NCBI GenBank assembly: GCA_965203325.1
Contig: OZ241875.1
Coordinates: 1,792,001-1,856,000, forward strand
DNA from: a bacterium
GTDB taxonomy: Bacteria > UBA8248
Length of the DNA: 64,000 bases
Reading direction: 5' to 3'
The position numbers and the translations under genes are program-made. Numbering within the stretch: the stretch's first letter is position 1; every line of letters starts with the position of its first letter. Shown here one piece after another: positions 8,970 through 18,318 of the stretch. The notes under the pieces are model-generated. The model made no database searches. It was given only the letters and a program-made list of their open reading frames with translations, and was not told the origin of the DNA.

Positions 8970-10001
8970 ATGAAAACCGAGCGAATCGAACGCAGAGAAA
9001 CAGCCTCGCTTTACCCATTCCCGGAAGGCTGGTACTTCATCGCCACCCGAAAAACGATAGAGAAGAAGAAGCTGATCCAAAGAACCTGGATGGGCGAGCA
9101 GATCGTCGTCTGGTGCGACGATGAGGGGCGCATCTGCGTGGCCGAGGACCTCTGCCCGCACCTGGGTTCCGAACTCGGGCCCGAAGTCGGCGGCGTGGTG
9201 CGGGACGGCTGCCTCGTTTGTCCTTTTCACGGGTTCGAGTACGACGCCACCGGTCAATGCGTGGCCACGCCCTACGCGCCGGCGCCCAGAACCGCCAGGC
9301 TTAAGGTTTTCGAAACCCGCGAAATCCTGGGTCTCGTCTTCGCCTGGTGGGGGCTGGGCGGACGCCCGCCGCAATGGCGTCTCCCCGAAGAGCCGAGCGG
9401 AGACGACTGGAGCGACCTCGAAACCTGGAGCGTGCGGTTCTCGGGGCATCCCCAGGAAACGACCGAGAACTCCGTCGACGACGGACACCTGCGCTACGTG
9501 CACGGCTTCGGCAGCGTGAACCGGGTCGGAACGATAGAGGTGGAGGGTTCCTACCTCAAGAGCTGCTTCGACTTCACGCGAAGCCAGACCCTCGCCGGGA
9601 TGAACATCTACACATACGACGTTTCCGCCGTCACCCACGTGCACGGGCTGGGCTATTCGTTCGTCGAGGTTCACGAGGACGGCATCGGCATGGATACGCG
9701 CCTGTGGGTGCTCGCGACGCCTATCGACGGCGAGGTCATCGAAATGGTGCTGGTCAGCCAGCTAAAGCGAATACGGAAGCCGAAGCGGCCGATCTTCGGC
9801 ATGCGCTTTCTGCCGTCCGGTCTTCGCACCCGGCTCATGAACAAAATCATCATAGCGGCCCAGAAGCGCGACGTTTTATCGGACGTCGTCATATGGGACC
9901 GGAAACATTACGTGCCGCGCCCCCGCCTGTGCAGTTCCGACGGGGAGATTGGCGTCTTTCGGCGCTATTGCGAGCAGTTCTATCCGGATCGGACGGATTG
10001 A
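8970..10001 (+). CDS. Rieske non-heme iron oxygenase, KshA/Neverland (sterol hydroxylase/7-desaturase)-like
   Basis: Rieske CPHLG...CPFHG; mononuclear Fe ENSVDDGHLRYVH; C-terminal DVVIWDRKHY..DGEIGVFRRYCEQFY. Confidence 0.85.
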   Translation: MKTERIERRETASLYPFPEGWYFIATRKTIEKKKLIQRTWMGEQIVVWCDDEGRICVAEDLCPHLGSELGPEVGGVVRDGCLVCPFHGFEYDATGQCVATPYAPAPRTARLKVFETREILGLVFAWWGLGGRPPQWRLPEEPSGDDWSDLETWSVRFSGHPQETTENSVDDGHLRYVHGFGSVNRVGTIEVEGSYLKSCFDFTRSQTLAGMNIYTYDVSAVTHVHGLGYSFVEVHEDGIGMDTRLWVLATPIDGEVIEMVLVSQLKRIRKPKRPIFGMRFLPSGLRTRLMNKIIIAAQKRDVLSDVVIWDRKHYVPRPRLCSSDGEIGVFRRYCEQFYPDRTD

Positions 10002-10092
10002 GTTCGGAGGGGCGAGGCCGGCGGGAGAGCCGTCCGCGCCATCGCCCGCGCGGGTTTCGCCGGACACGAAGAGAGAAAGGACACGCCACGCC

Positions 10093-11124
10093 ATGGAAAT
10101 AGGCAAACTATCGAAAGAGCTCAAGGATGCCTATCAAGAGGGGAACGTCACCCGCCGCGTGCAAGACTTCGAGGGCTGGATCGACCGGGCGGCGGAGTCC
10201 GACGGCGCGAGCGGGTACGACCACACCGAAACGGTGAAGGCCTACTACGACCTTTGCAGCGGTTTCATGGTGTGGGGTTGGGGCGAATCCCTGCATTTCG
10301 CGCCCCTCTCGCCGAACGAGAGTCTGGAGGACTCGAAAGTCCGGCATCAGCGGCTGATGATCGACAAACTGGAGTTGCAGAGGGGCATGACGGTGATCGA
10401 CGTCGGCTGCGGCATCGGCGGCCCGATGCGCCGCGTCGTCCGTGAGGCCGGCGTCCGGGTCGTCGGGATCAACATCAACAAAATCCAGCTGGAGAGGGCG
10501 AAGAGGTTGAACGCCGAGGCGGGGCTCGACCACATGATCGATTACGAGGCGTGCAGCTTCATGGATATGAGCACCATCGGGGACGAGGCGTTCGACCGGG
10601 GCTACGCCATCGAGTCGACGTGCCACGCGCCGGACAAACAACGCGCCTTCGCGGAGATATTCCGCGTCCTGAAACCCGGCGCCCTGTTCTGGGGCCAGGA
10701 GATGTGCCTGACGGAGAAGTTCGACCCGAACGACGCCCGGCACCGGACCATCAAGCGGGAGCTCATGCGCGGCATTGCGCTCAAGGAGGTCGCGACGTTC
10801 GGGGAAGTGAACCAGGCGCTCGAAGCGGCGGGATTCCAAGTCGTCGAAGGGATGGACCGGGAGGTCCGGGAGGGGCCGTCCACACCGTGGTATCAACCCA
10901 TGGAGAGTCGGCACGGGACGCTGGGCAACGCCTTGCGCAGGCTTCCGCAGGGCCGCAGGGCGGTCCTCGCGGGCTCGAAGCTGGCCGAGGTGGTCCGGCT
11001 GTTTCCGAAGGGTTCCGCGGAAGTCGTCCGGCTCCTGGATCGGACCGCGGACGCCTATGTCGCGGGCGGCAAATCGGGCATCTTCACGCCGCTGTACTGC
11101 TTCCTGGCCCGCAAACCCCTTTAG
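10093..11124 (+). CDS. Sterol C24-methyltransferase-like SAM-dependent methyltransferase (ERG6/SMT family)
   Basis: YYDL..F..WGWGESLHF (region I-like), IDVGCGIGGPMR (SAM binding), YAIESTCHAP (region III), LKPGALF, C-terminal GGKSGIFTPLY..ARKP. Confidence 0.85.
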   Translation: MEIGKLSKELKDAYQEGNVTRRVQDFEGWIDRAAESDGASGYDHTETVKAYYDLCSGFMVWGWGESLHFAPLSPNESLEDSKVRHQRLMIDKLELQRGMTVIDVGCGIGGPMRRVVREAGVRVVGININKIQLERAKRLNAEAGLDHMIDYEACSFMDMSTIGDEAFDRGYAIESTCHAPDKQRAFAEIFRVLKPGALFWGQEMCLTEKFDPNDARHRTIKRELMRGIALKEVATFGEVNQALEAAGFQVVEGMDREVREGPSTPWYQPMESRHGTLGNALRRLPQGRRAVLAGSKLAEVVRLFPKGSAEVVRLLDRTADAYVAGGKSGIFTPLYCFLARKPL

Positions 11125-11205
11125 CCTCGATCCGCGCCGCACGCGGAAAAACGCCCGCCGACGCAGCCGGACAGAACTTGCAAATATCTGGAAATAAGGG
11201 AGTTG

Positions 11206-11445
11206 CTAGAGGGCGCGCTCGCGCTTTTTGATGTCGGCCATCACCTTCGTGATGCCGCGCTTGGCGATGATCTTGAGGCCCTTCGCCGATACGCGCAGCT
11301 TCACCCAGCGCTTCTCCTCGGGCAGGTAGAAGCGCTTCACGTGCAGGTTCGCCTCGAAGCGCCGCCTCGTCTTCTTGTGCGAGTGCGAGACGTTGTTGCC
11401 GTACATCACGCTCTTGCCGGTGACGGCGCATCGCTTGCGCGCCAC
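11206..11445 (-). CDS. rpmB: 50S ribosomal protein L28
   Basis: (V)ARKRCAVTGK..GNNVSHSHKKTRRRFEANLH..VKLRVSAKGLK; GTG at 11445 (ATG at 11466 is an alternative start). Confidence 0.95.
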   Translation of the reverse strand: MARKRCAVTGKSVMYGNNVSHSHKKTRRRFEANLHVKRFYLPEEKRWVKLRVSAKGLKIIAKRGITKVMADIKKRERAL

Positions 11446-11466
11446 GGTGTTCTTATAGGTTTTCAT

Positions 11467-11616
11467 CTATTTCGTCTCCCGAAACGGCTCGTGGCTTCGG
11501 CACAATTTACAGTACTTCCTGAATTCGAGCCGATCCGGCGTGTTGCGCTTGTTCTTGGTGCTCGTGTAGCGGATCTTCTTGCAAGTCGTGCATTCGAGTT
11601 GAATGTTCTCGCGCAT
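11467..11616 (-). CDS. rpmG: 50S ribosomal protein L33 (Zn-ribbon form; below ORF-track cutoff)
   Basis: Manual translation: [49 protein letters not shown]. Confidence 0.95.
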   Translation of the reverse strand: MRENIQLECTTCKKIRYTSTKNKRNTPDRLEFRKYCKLCRSHEPFRETK

Positions 11617-11850
11617 CTCGAAACCTCAACGAAAATCAACGTCTTGGGACGCATCGGCGCATCCCCGGTCCACAAAGAAGCGAAACCATAGCCAACCACA
11701 GGAAAAAAGGCAAGTCGCGCGCGAGGTATTTTGTTCGTCTCTTATGCGCTAGAATCACGTGTTCCAATTCATCGAGAAGCGGATAAGGCGCAAGGCGTTT
11801 TTTCGAGGCCCGCGCCATCCCGAAATCCAAACGTCGAAGGAGAGAGCACA

Positions 11851-12732
11851 GTGGCTAAAATCGTCGCATACCTGGGGCTCGGCACCATGGGCGGAGCCAT
11901 GACCAACAATCTTCTCAAAGCGGGATTCGTGGTTCACGGATACGATCCGTCGCCGGAGGCGCGCGCACGGGCGGAGGAGGCGGGAGCGAAAACCTTCGAC
12001 TCCCCGGCCGAGGCGGCTTCTGAAGCCGAGGTCATCTGTTCATCCGTACCCGAAACCAGGGACGTGCACGAAACCTATCTCGGAGAAAAAGGCGCGCTCC
12101 TCACCTCGAAGGATGGCGTCGTCTGTTTTGATTTCTCCACCATCGCTCCCAGCGGCAGCCAAGACATTGCGCAGCAAGCGGCGGAAAAGGGCGCGATTTT
12201 CCTCGATACGCCCGTGAGCGGCAGTGCTCCCAGCGCCATTAGTGCGGAGCTCAACGTGATGGTCGGCGGCGATGAAGCGGCGATGAACGCACACCGCGAC
12301 GTTCTCGAGGCGGTGTCGGAGTCCGTCAACTATTTCGGGCCGAACGGCGCGGGCCTGCACATGAAGCTCGTGGCCAACCAAATCGTCTCGGTGTTTTTCT
12401 CCGTGGTGTCCGAAGGACTCACCTTGGGCGAACGCTCGGGCCTCGACCCCGTCGAGATGATGGAATACCTGAAAAACGCCTCGATTCCGAAGATTCTGGG
12501 CATCAAGGGCTCCGCCCTGGCGAGCCGGGACTACACGCCGTTTTTCAGGATCGACTTGATGTGCAAGGACCTGCGCCTCATCTCCGAGATGGCCGAGGCC
12601 GCGACGACGCCGACGCCCTTCGCAGCACTTGCGAGGCAGGTATACATCGCCACGTCGGCCATGGGCTTCGGCGATGTGGACCAAAACGCCGTGCGCGAGT
12701 TTTTCGATAAAACCGCCGGGCTCAGCGCTTGA
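11851..12732 (+). CDS. NAD(P)-dependent oxidoreductase, 3-hydroxyisobutyrate dehydrogenase family
   Basis: YLGLGTMGGAM Rossmann motif, DTPVSG, KLVAN, KDL; GTG start after GGAGAG. Confidence 0.9.
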   Translation: MAKIVAYLGLGTMGGAMTNNLLKAGFVVHGYDPSPEARARAEEAGAKTFDSPAEAASEAEVICSSVPETRDVHETYLGEKGALLTSKDGVVCFDFSTIAPSGSQDIAQQAAEKGAIFLDTPVSGSAPSAISAELNVMVGGDEAAMNAHRDVLEAVSESVNYFGPNGAGLHMKLVANQIVSVFFSVVSEGLTLGERSGLDPVEMMEYLKNASIPKILGIKGSALASRDYTPFFRIDLMCKDLRLISEMAEAATTPTPFAALARQVYIATSAMGFGDVDQNAVREFFDKTAGLSA

Positions 12733-12747
12733 TATTTCGCGACTGAA

Positions 12748-12866
12748 GGGGCTGTTGAAAAAGTCCGCACAGGATCCTGTAAGTAGAGGGTTTGTAGGGA
12801 CAGGTCGCGACCTGTCCCTACGGCGAACGATCTCGAAAGTCAGGCAAAGGCTTTTTCAACAGCCCC
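12748..12866. mobile_element. MITE (copy 3) with 5-bp target-site duplication
   Basis: TIRs GGGGCTGTTGAAAAAGTCC / GGCTTTTTCAACAGCCCC, flanked on both sides by CTGAA (12743-47, 12867-71); internal GTAGGGACAGGTCGCGACCTGTCCCTAC palindrome. Confidence 0.8.
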
Positions 12867-12873
12867 CTGAAGT

Positions 12874-13863
12874 CTAAGTCGCTCTCTTGAAAAACCCCTC
12901 GACGGGGAGTGGCGCGCCCACGCCCTGCGCCTTGGCGCGCCGGTAGAGTTCCGCGCCCAGGGCCACGTCTTCTATCGCGACGCCCTGGCTCAGGAACAGG
13001 TTGATCTCGTCATCGGACGCGCGTCCCGGCATGACGCCCGCCGCGATCAGCCCGAGCTCCGACACCTGTCCCCACTGGATGGCGTTCGCCCGCACCGCGC
13101 CGACCAAGTCGCCGCTCTCGAATTCGGCGCCCTCCAAATTATCCGTCACGATACGTCCCGCCGCCGCGCGGCGGAAAGTCTCGTCGTCCACCTCGCGGTT
13201 CGTGATGCGGTTCGAGCCCGCCGCGATGACCGTCGCGCCCGGCTCCAGGTCGCCCCCGTCGAAAACCGGTTCGCGCGCCGTGGTGATGGTGCAGACAATC
13301 TGCGAGCCTCTCACCGCCTCGCTCGCAGATTCCACCGGAACGAGTTCCGCGCTCACCCTACCCTGCATCGCGCTAATGAATTTTTCTCTTTTCTCGGAAC
13401 GGCGGCTGTGGACTTTCACGGTTTTGAGGTCGCGCGCGCAGCAAATGGCTTCGAGTTGCGATCTCGCCTGCCACCCCGTGCCGATCAGCCCGGCCACCTC
13501 GGCGTCTTCTCTCGCCATGTATTTCACGGCGACCCCGCTCGCCGCCCCCGTGCGCATCTGGCCCTGCACATTGGCCTCCATGAGCGAGAGCATCTCAGAG
13601 GTGTTCGCATCCCACAGCAGGAAGATGAAGCGCACGCCGATGCCCGGAAACGTGGTATAGGCCTTGAGACCCAGATAGCCCTCGTTCTCATCCACCATGC
13701 CGCCGAACATGACGTGCATCGTTCCCTTGGGGAGAAAAACCCGCCGCCTCGGTTGATTCGGCGCGCGCCCCTCCCCCTGGGCCTTGAAGCATTTCTCCAC
13801 CACGTCCATGACATCGGACATGTTCACCAGACTCTTGACGTCGGACTCACTCAGATAAAGCAA
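12874..13863 (-). CDS. Ornithine cyclodeaminase / mu-crystallin family protein
   Basis: RTGAASGVA, IGTGWQA, SQGVAIEDVA motifs. Confidence 0.9.
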   Translation of the reverse strand: MLYLSESDVKSLVNMSDVMDVVEKCFKAQGEGRAPNQPRRRVFLPKGTMHVMFGGMVDENEGYLGLKAYTTFPGIGVRFIFLLWDANTSEMLSLMEANVQGQMRTGAASGVAVKYMAREDAEVAGLIGTGWQARSQLEAICCARDLKTVKVHSRRSEKREKFISAMQGRVSAELVPVESASEAVRGSQIVCTITTAREPVFDGGDLEPGATVIAAGSNRITNREVDDETFRRAAAGRIVTDNLEGAEFESGDLVGAVRANAIQWGQVSELGLIAAGVMPGRASDDEINLFLSQGVAIEDVALGAELYRRAKAQGVGAPLPVEGFFKRAT

Positions 13864-13910
13864 CGATCCTCTCTCCTCTGTGATTCAAGATTCCCAGAAA
13901 CCAAGACATC

Positions 13911-15152
13911 TCAGGTCAAAGCGACGCTCGAAAAAGTGACCGTCCCGTTCGGGTCCGGCCATTGAGAATAGCGCAGCACCTCTCCCTCGCAGCCATCCAA
14001 AACGCGCAGCATGGTGTAGATGGGCGCCAAGCCGCACACGTTCCTCGCATCCCCATCCTCCGCCACGCTCCAGTAGAACGCCTCCGCATCCCCGCGGCAC
14101 ACCGCCTCCAGGGATTTCCCGTCCGCACCCGCGAGTTCTTCCAATCGCGCCTCGTCCACGGGCCTTTCATCGCCGAACTGGGGGCCGACGTGAGCGAAAT
14201 CCACACTCGCCATCAGGCAGACCTTTCCCCCGTTTCGCCGGTGCGCCGCCATCGTCTCTCTCAGCGCAGTGATGAAAGTCTCCACCTGCGCATCGCCCCG
14301 GGGAGATTCCCCTCGGGCAACAAAGGGGTGGAACGAACCCACCAGAACGGGGACGAACCGGACCGGACGAACGCCCGCAAAGAGATACTGGAGAAAAACC
14401 GCCTGGAACTCGATGGAGTGCTCACCGCGATGCGCGAATTCATCCTGAAAGGAATTCACCTCCAGACTGCCGGATAGTTCCTCCACGAATCCTGCGTCCG
14501 CCTCCAAAACCCCGAACGGCGTCTCGAAAGACTTGGCCGTGAGGTTATAGATGTATTTTGTCGGGGCGTGGACCGTTCCGAGGACGACGAACAGATCGGC
14601 GTCGGCTCGTTCTGCGATGAACTTGTACGCCCATGCGAAAGTGGCGCCGCCGCGATGAAAATCGATATGCGGCGCGACCACGCCCCGAAGCGGTTTGGCC
14701 GGAGCCCGGGAGTTCTTCGCGGGCATCCCGGGGCCGTCAGCCCCGGTGAAAAAACCATCGATGTGGGACCGCAGACGCGCCGGGTCCGCGTCGTAGCTTT
14801 TGCCCGCCAGAAAATTCGGCCGCACCGGAGCGCTCAGGTAGGCATCCTTGAGCGATGCGCTCCAGGAGACGAAACCGTCTCCTTCGAGGAAATGCGCCTC
14901 TTCGAGACTCGATACCATCGCCCGGTAGCTTTCTTCCGTGACATCCATCCCGTGGCGGGACTTACACTGTTGCCGGATGTCTTCAAACGTGTGGCGCCCG
15001 TCGAGCAGGCTCAGCACGGGAACCAGCGCCATGGGCGCAAAAAGGACCGCCTCGCTGAGACGTAGCGGGTCGCTCAGCCTCAGCATCCTTTGGCCCTGAT
15101 GCTCCGCAGGGGCGGCCTCGACGGGCCTCAGCTTCAATCGCTCAGATGCCAT
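13911..15152 (-). CDS. amrB: AmmeMemoRadiSam system protein B (MEMO1 family)
   Basis: APHID, LGTVH, HRGEHSIEFQ, SVDFAHVG, NVCGLAP motifs. Confidence 0.9.
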   Translation of the reverse strand: MASERLKLRPVEAAPAEHQGQRMLRLSDPLRLSEAVLFAPMALVPVLSLLDGRHTFEDIRQQCKSRHGMDVTEESYRAMVSSLEEAHFLEGDGFVSWSASLKDAYLSAPVRPNFLAGKSYDADPARLRSHIDGFFTGADGPGMPAKNSRAPAKPLRGVVAPHIDFHRGGATFAWAYKFIAERADADLFVVLGTVHAPTKYIYNLTAKSFETPFGVLEADAGFVEELSGSLEVNSFQDEFAHRGEHSIEFQAVFLQYLFAGVRPVRFVPVLVGSFHPFVARGESPRGDAQVETFITALRETMAAHRRNGGKVCLMASVDFAHVGPQFGDERPVDEARLEELAGADGKSLEAVCRGDAEAFYWSVAEDGDARNVCGLAPIYTMLRVLDGCEGEVLRYSQWPDPNGTVTFSSVALT

Positions 15153-15164
15153 ATCCAAAATTCT

Positions 15165-16373
15165 TCATCCTCCGCCTTGCTCGGCATGTCGTCCAAAAAA
15201 CGGAGCGCAGGATATCCCGATGAGCGACATGATCGCCAGCGTATAAAAACCCGGGCCGAACGACCCGGCCCAGTCCCTTATCGCGCCGACCATCCAGGGC
15301 CCGACGAAACCGCCCAGATATCCCATCCCGATGATCAAACCACCCGCCCGGCCCACCTGGCTTTTCTCCACGTACTGCGCGGGATACGCCAGACAGAACA
15401 AAAACCAGCAGTTCGTGGTCAAACCCAAAAAGGCTGTCCCCATCGCCGCGACCCAGGCGTTTCCCGCCGGCATCAGCGCGAGCGCAGCGGCCGTGAACAA
15501 CCCGCATAAAACCATCATCACCCGTTCGCCGCCTACGGCCAACGCCATTTTATGCGCTGTCAGGGAAACAAAAATCCCGAGCAAAGGCAAACTCGAAACG
15601 ATAAGCGCGGCGCTCGCCTGCGGCCAGCCTTTCGTCATCAGAACCGTGGCCAGCCAGCCCAGACTCGTATAAAAGACGACGTTGTTGAAGAACAAGGAGG
15701 CGGCGACCCCCCATACGCCGAGGAGCCGGTACACCGCCCCGCTTTTGGCCGAGGCGGATTCGGAGCCTGAGTCTACCGCGATCGAGGCGGAGTTCCTCAG
15801 CCAGACGACGAACGCCGCGACCAGAATGAGCGCCCAGCCCAGATAGCCGCCGCGCCAGACGCTCCCTCCCCATGAGGCGGGCAAAATGGCTGCGGCCGGC
15901 GTCATGTAGTGCGAAGCCGCGACGCCCAGGCCCGCCCCTGCGATGATGGAAGCCGTATAAACGGCGGAGCCGAACGCGTTGCGCTCGGACGGCACTATCG
16001 TGCCCACCACTTTCGGCATGACGGGAAACACCAGGCCCAGGCCCGCGCCCACGAGCGCGATTCCCGTAGCGAGCGACCAGAAATCTCCGCTGCAAAAGCG
16101 GACGGCGCCTCCCAGCAGAGTGAGGAAAACGCCGCAAAGGACCATCTTCTTCACACCCAGCCGATCGACCAGCCGGCCCCCTGCGATCGCGAAAAACGCT
16201 ATCAACGGAAACGGCGCGGAGAGCAGAAAACCGCCCGCGCCGAAGGACAGGTCCAGGTCATCGCGGAGGAAGCCGATGAGCCCGCTCGTCGACACCAACG
16301 AGCCGAAAACGGCGAAGATGATGAAGCAGGCCGCCCCTAATACGGAGCGCCAACCCGGGTTTTCTTCGGTCAT
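15165..16373 (-). CDS. MFS transporter (CynX-like)
   Basis: About 12 hydrophobic segments; GRLVDRLG motif A. Confidence 0.85.
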   Translation of the reverse strand: MTEENPGWRSVLGAACFIIFAVFGSLVSTSGLIGFLRDDLDLSFGAGGFLLSAPFPLIAFFAIAGGRLVDRLGVKKMVLCGVFLTLLGGAVRFCSGDFWSLATGIALVGAGLGLVFPVMPKVVGTIVPSERNAFGSAVYTASIIAGAGLGVAASHYMTPAAAILPASWGGSVWRGGYLGWALILVAAFVVWLRNSASIAVDSGSESASAKSGAVYRLLGVWGVAASLFFNNVVFYTSLGWLATVLMTKGWPQASAALIVSSLPLLGIFVSLTAHKMALAVGGERVMMVLCGLFTAAALALMPAGNAWVAAMGTAFLGLTTNCWFLFCLAYPAQYVEKSQVGRAGGLIIGMGYLGGFVGPWMVGAIRDWAGSFGPGFYTLAIMSLIGISCAPFFGRHAEQGGG

Positions 16374-17323
16374 TCATCCAGCCCCAGCAAGCGCGCCGCG
16401 TTCCCGCCCAGCCACTTTTCCATGACGGCCGGCTTCAGGGGAAGATTCCGCGCTTCTTCGAGGATTTCGCCCAAGGATATCGGCAGAAGCGGCCAATCGG
16501 TCCCGAACAGAATTTTATCCTGTATCGTGGAATTCCCGAAATGAAGGAGCATCTCCCAGCCCGAATGCGGCGTCGTGAAATACTTCCACCGGTGGCCCGA
16601 GGGGTCGATGTAGAGATTCGGGTGCCGCCAGGCGGCGGCGACCATCTCCGGCACCCAGGGCCAGCCGCCGTGGCCCGCGATTACCTTGAGATCGGGCATC
16701 TCGCCGCACAGGCGATCGAGAGCCAGGGGTCTGCCGAGCTCCATGGGGTGAGCGGGCGCCCAGTTCACCGACGTGTGGATCCATGCGGGCACGTCCAGCT
16801 CGACGCACTTTTGATATATGGGGCGGTACTCGGGCGCGTCGGCGGGCAGACGATGAAGAAAAGGAACGAGAAACGCCCCGTGCAGGCCGAGTTCGCGCAC
16901 GCCTTCTTCCAACGCGGCCGCCGCATCGTCCTTATTGGGGTCGACGCCCTGAAAGGCCAGAATCCGCTCAGGACAGGAATCCACCGCATGGGCGAGAACA
17001 TTCGGGTCGAGCGGCGAGACGCCGGTGGTGCTCTCCTGGTCGATGCTGAAGACGACCGCCTTGTCATAGCCTGCCGCATCCAGAAGCGCGATGAATTCTT
17101 CCAGGGGCCGCCCGAGACTCGCCGATACCTCATCGATGAAGCCGTGGATTTCCGCTCGCGTCGTCCCCACCGTCCTGCGGCGAAACTCCGCTTCGGTCAC
17201 GCCGCAAAAAGCGCTCAAGCCCTTCGCGAACATCTTCAGATAGCCGGGGATCGAGGCCCAGCCCGCCAGGCGGGCGCGGTAACACTCCGCGACGGGCAGG
17301 AAGCTGCAGATATCGACGATCAA
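16370..17323 (-). CDS. Amidohydrolase_2 family protein
   Basis: WIHT, IAGHGGWPW, KILFGTDWP, LGGNAARLL. Confidence 0.9.
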   Translation of the reverse strand: MIVDICSFLPVAECYRARLAGWASIPGYLKMFAKGLSAFCGVTEAEFRRRTVGTTRAEIHGFIDEVSASLGRPLEEFIALLDAAGYDKAVVFSIDQESTTGVSPLDPNVLAHAVDSCPERILAFQGVDPNKDDAAAALEEGVRELGLHGAFLVPFLHRLPADAPEYRPIYQKCVELDVPAWIHTSVNWAPAHPMELGRPLALDRLCGEMPDLKVIAGHGGWPWVPEMVAAAWRHPNLYIDPSGHRWKYFTTPHSGWEMLLHFGNSTIQDKILFGTDWPLLPISLGEILEEARNLPLKPAVMEKWLGGNAARLLGLDE

Positions 17324-18318
17324 CGCGATCGCCCCCGGGCCTGCCCGGCAGATGGGTCCGGCCGGAAAATGGAGAAATCATTCTGGTTCAAGGTCAATCG
17401 CGCCGAATTCACGGACACCGCCAGGATGAAAACGAGGAAGATGGCGAAAAAAGTGGTCATTCGGGCGTTCCCGCCCCGTCTGAGCGCGCCGAGAAGCAAC
17501 TCGAACAAGGATACGGCGCAAACGGCGCCGATGATGAGGAGCGTCACGAAAGTCGAGCCGCCCGACGCCAGCATGCCGCCCAGGAAACCAGACCCCCGGA
17601 AGAAGAGCCATGCGCCCGCCAATCCCGTCTGGATCATCAGAAACCACAAGGAGAACTTCGCGCCGAGACGAACCCACCGCGCGCCGTTCGACACCGAAGC
17701 GGAACTCTCCCACCTGAAAGCCTGTCCCCCCAGAAACATGAGGAAGAGGCCGCCGGCCGAAAACGCCGAAAGATAAAAATGCGCGACGGGCCACCAAAAA
17801 GAGGAATACGCCCAAAAGCGCCGATTCCACCCCACTTCCAAATCAAGCAGGTGCGGATTCATGCAAGAAAGCGCGAATACCCAGACCACTCCGGCGCATA
17901 ACCCCATCAAGACGCCTGCTGGAACCATCATCAGGTGCGCGAACCGGTATTTCAGGCGCCGTTCCCAATCCCCCGAATGCGCAGAGGCGAGAACCATGAA
18001 AAGGAGCAACAAAAGCAGCAAGGCGCCCAACGGGCGAATCAACGCTATCACGGAGGTGAAAAAAACGGCCGGCTGGGTCGTGGACGCGAGCAAGGAGAGC
18101 GCCGCCCCGATGAGGAATACGGGAACGAGAGAAGCTAGGCACAGGCCCGAAAGGCGGCGGGCGAATTCCACGTCGGCGGCGTTGTTCTCCCGACGGCCCC
18201 AGAAAACGAGATGCGCGGAAAACCACGGAAGCGAGACGCTCACGCCGGCGCACAGCCATAAGACGGAGCCCAGCGCGACGATAAGCCACTCGCTCGATTC
18301 GGTCACCATCACGTTCAT
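17320..18318 (-). CDS. Multi-pass membrane protein, partner of the upstream cytochrome c membrane protein
   Basis: About 9 hydrophobic segments; 4-nt overlaps with both neighbours; resembles the N-terminal part of 18315-19883. Confidence 0.65.
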   Translation of the reverse strand: MNVMVTESSEWLIVALGSVLWLCAGVSVSLPWFSAHLVFWGRRENNAADVEFARRLSGLCLASLVPVFLIGAALSLLASTTQPAVFFTSVIALIRPLGALLLLLLLFMVLASAHSGDWERRLKYRFAHLMMVPAGVLMGLCAGVVWVFALSCMNPHLLDLEVGWNRRFWAYSSFWWPVAHFYLSAFSAGGLFLMFLGGQAFRWESSASVSNGARWVRLGAKFSLWFLMIQTGLAGAWLFFRGSGFLGGMLASGGSTFVTLLIIGAVCAVSLFELLLGALRRGGNARMTTFFAIFLVFILAVSVNSARLTLNQNDFSIFRPDPSAGQARGRSR

